Positions 62,434 to 64,000 of a stretch of 64,000 nt of DNA are shown one piece after another; the stretch's first letter is position 1, and every line of letters starts with the position of its first letter. The DNA lies in NCBI RefSeq assembly GCF_036971445.1, contig NC_091474.1:80228001-80292000 (forward strand), read 5' to 3'. The notes beneath the pieces are model-generated. The model ran no database searches. It had not been told where the DNA came from and saw nothing but the letters and a program-made list of their open reading frames with translations. Source of the DNA: Narcine bancroftii. Taxonomy: Eukaryota. A program made the position numbers and the translations under genes.

Positions 62434-64000
62434 GGAGGAGTCACGTGATGGAGTAGTGGCCGGACGGTGAACTCCAGCCCTCTCCAGAAAAGTCGGGAAA
62501 AACAAGAGAAAACACAAAGGCACAGAAATAAAAGTTACAGAAAAGTGAGTATAAAGGTGGAAAGAAGATGGCGACAAAAAAAGAAAAGTCGAAAGCAACG
62601 GTAAGAAGAGAGGAAGAGAAGACAAAGGAGGAAAAAGGTGAAGGCCTTACCTGTCCGAAGAGGCCCGCTGCGGAGAGAGAAACCCGCTCCCTCAGGTCGG
62701 TAAATAATGGACTACAAAAATGGCTCGCAGAGCCGAACAAAAGTGCGCAACCGCGCATGCGCGAAGTTTCGCGCATGCGCGATGCGAATGAAAAAAAACA
62801 CACCGACGGGAGGGGGGACCAGCTGGGGAGTCGATCTCCACAGCCGGCAACGACAGCTGCAGAACACCTGCAGCAAGAAGAGACCACAGAAGACAATAGA
62901 AACAAGATAGAAGAGGAGGAAAGGGCAACAAAGAAACAACAGATGGTCAACCCAGAGGAAGAAGAAGAGGAAGAGTATGGTGAAATAGAAGAAGAAAAGA
63001 GAGGCAAGGTAAAGGATATACTTGCTCTTATTAGAGGATACATGGAATCATTTAAAGAATGGCAAACACAGGAATTTAAGGATTTAAGAAAAAGAATAAA
63101 CAACACAGAGGAGAAAATAATTAAAATGGAGATGACCTTAACAGAAATGGGAAAAAAAATGGACAAGATGGAAGAGCGGGCAGTAGCAGCAGAAATGGAG
63201 GTAGAAGACTTAAAAAAGAAATTGGAGAAATCTAATAAAAAAACTAAAGAGACACAAGAACTACTAGCTCAAAAAATAGATACAATGGAAAACCATAACA
63301 GAAGAAATAACATAAAGATAGTGGGCCTTAAGGAAGATGAAGAAGGCAAGAATATGAGGGAGTTTATAAAAGAGTGGATCCCTAAGACCCTAGGATGTCC
63401 AGAACTACAGCATGAAATGGAAATAGAAAGGGCACATAGAGTATTGGCCTCTAAACCACAACCACAACAAAAACCAAGATCTATTGTAGTAAAATTCCTA
63501 AGATATACTACAAGAGAAAAGGTACTGGAGAAGACAATGGAAAAAGTAAGAGAGGGCAACAAACCACTGGAGTATAAAGGGCAAAAAATCTTCATTTATC
63601 CAGATATAAGTTTTGAACTCCTAAAGAAGAGAAAAGAGTTCAATACAGCAAAGGCGATTTTATGGAAGAAAGGGTATAAATTTATACTAAAGCATCCAGC
63701 GGTATTGAAAATATTTATTCCAGGACAGCAAAACAGACTATTCTCGGATCCAGAAGAAGCACGAAAATTTGCAGAACAATTACAAAAATAGACTGAGGGA
63801 GGAAGACGGGTAATGAGAGTTAAAATGATCACGACTGATATGTATGTGGGTAAAGACAAAAATAGACTGAGGGATGAAGACGGGTAATGAGAGTAAAAAT
63901 GATCACGATTGATATGTATGCAGGTAAAGAGGTATAAGAGTGAATAGAGACAATGAGCATACATGAATGTATCTGTACTTAGAGGAAAATATAGATAGTA
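62434..64000 (+). mobile_element. Young L1-clade LINE, 5' part (runs off the window)
   Basis: The 5' end ggaggagtcacgtgatggagtagtggccgg is identical to the start of the 12676 element, and ORF1 is intact. Confidence 0.92.
62568..63791 (+). CDS. L1 ORF1 protein (coiled coil, RRM, CTD)
   Basis: Uninterrupted 407-aa ORF with ENHNRRNNIKIVGLKE, IERAHR, PRSIVVKF and IFIYPDIS...KRKEF motifs. Confidence 0.92.
   Translation: MATKKEKSKATVRREEEKTKEEKGEGLTCPKRPAAERETRSLRSVNNGLQKWLAEPNKSAQPRMREVSRMRDANEKKHTDGRGDQLGSRSPQPATTAAEHLQQEETTEDNRNKIEEEERATKKQQMVNPEEEEEEEYGEIEEEKRGKVKDILALIRGYMESFKEWQTQEFKDLRKRINNTEEKIIKMEMTLTEMGKKMDKMEERAVAAEMEVEDLKKKLEKSNKKTKETQELLAQKIDTMENHNRRNNIKIVGLKEDEEGKNMREFIKEWIPKTLGCPELQHEMEIERAHRVLASKPQPQQKPRSIVVKFLRYTTREKVLEKTMEKVREGNKPLEYKGQKIFIYPDISFELLKKRKEFNTAKAILWKKGYKFILKHPAVLKIFIPGQQNRLFSDPEEARKFAEQLQK

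Noticed and set aside
62441-63964. Hydrophobic minus-strand ORFs
   Set aside because: They are antisense shadows of the purine-rich L1 ORF1.
48050-64000. ACTA2 or another actin gene downstream of the CArG/TATA promoter
   Set aside because: No actin coding exon (DNGSG...GFAGDDAP) was found in the remaining sequence.

Overview
This is vertebrate nuclear DNA, not prokaryotic. The repeat content (HE1/V-SINE-like SINEs, CR1, Rex1/Babar, RTE, L1 and Penelope-like remnants) points to a cartilaginous fish (shark or ray). Two host genes were read directly from the sequence, and both are missing from the supplied ORF track. (1) The 5' end of CHUK/IKK-alpha on the minus strand: coding exons 2572-2676 and 331-425, a probable non-coding leader exon near 6959-7070, and a CpG-island promoter with a ZNF143/THAP11-type motif. 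Its leader intron holds a ~3 kb G-rich, CpG-rich 31/32-bp minisatellite, which explains all of the long Pro/Arg/Gly ORFs. (2) An intact 54-aa single-pass membrane microprotein of the SMIM3/NID67 family (19433-19597, minus strand), possibly a paralog rather than SMIM3 itself. The rest is mostly transposon-derived: a TSD-flanked, internally deleted L1; a young L1 with intact ORF1 running off the right edge; a 5'-inverted RTE; hAT and Tigger-like MITEs, including a recurrent MITE-spacer-MITE compound unit; solo LTRs; Penelope-like repeats with hammerhead-like cores; and a perfect 19-bp minisatellite inside a CR1. There is a 433-N assembly gap. All homology calls come from recalled sequences, not database searches, and boundaries of degenerate repeats are approximate.
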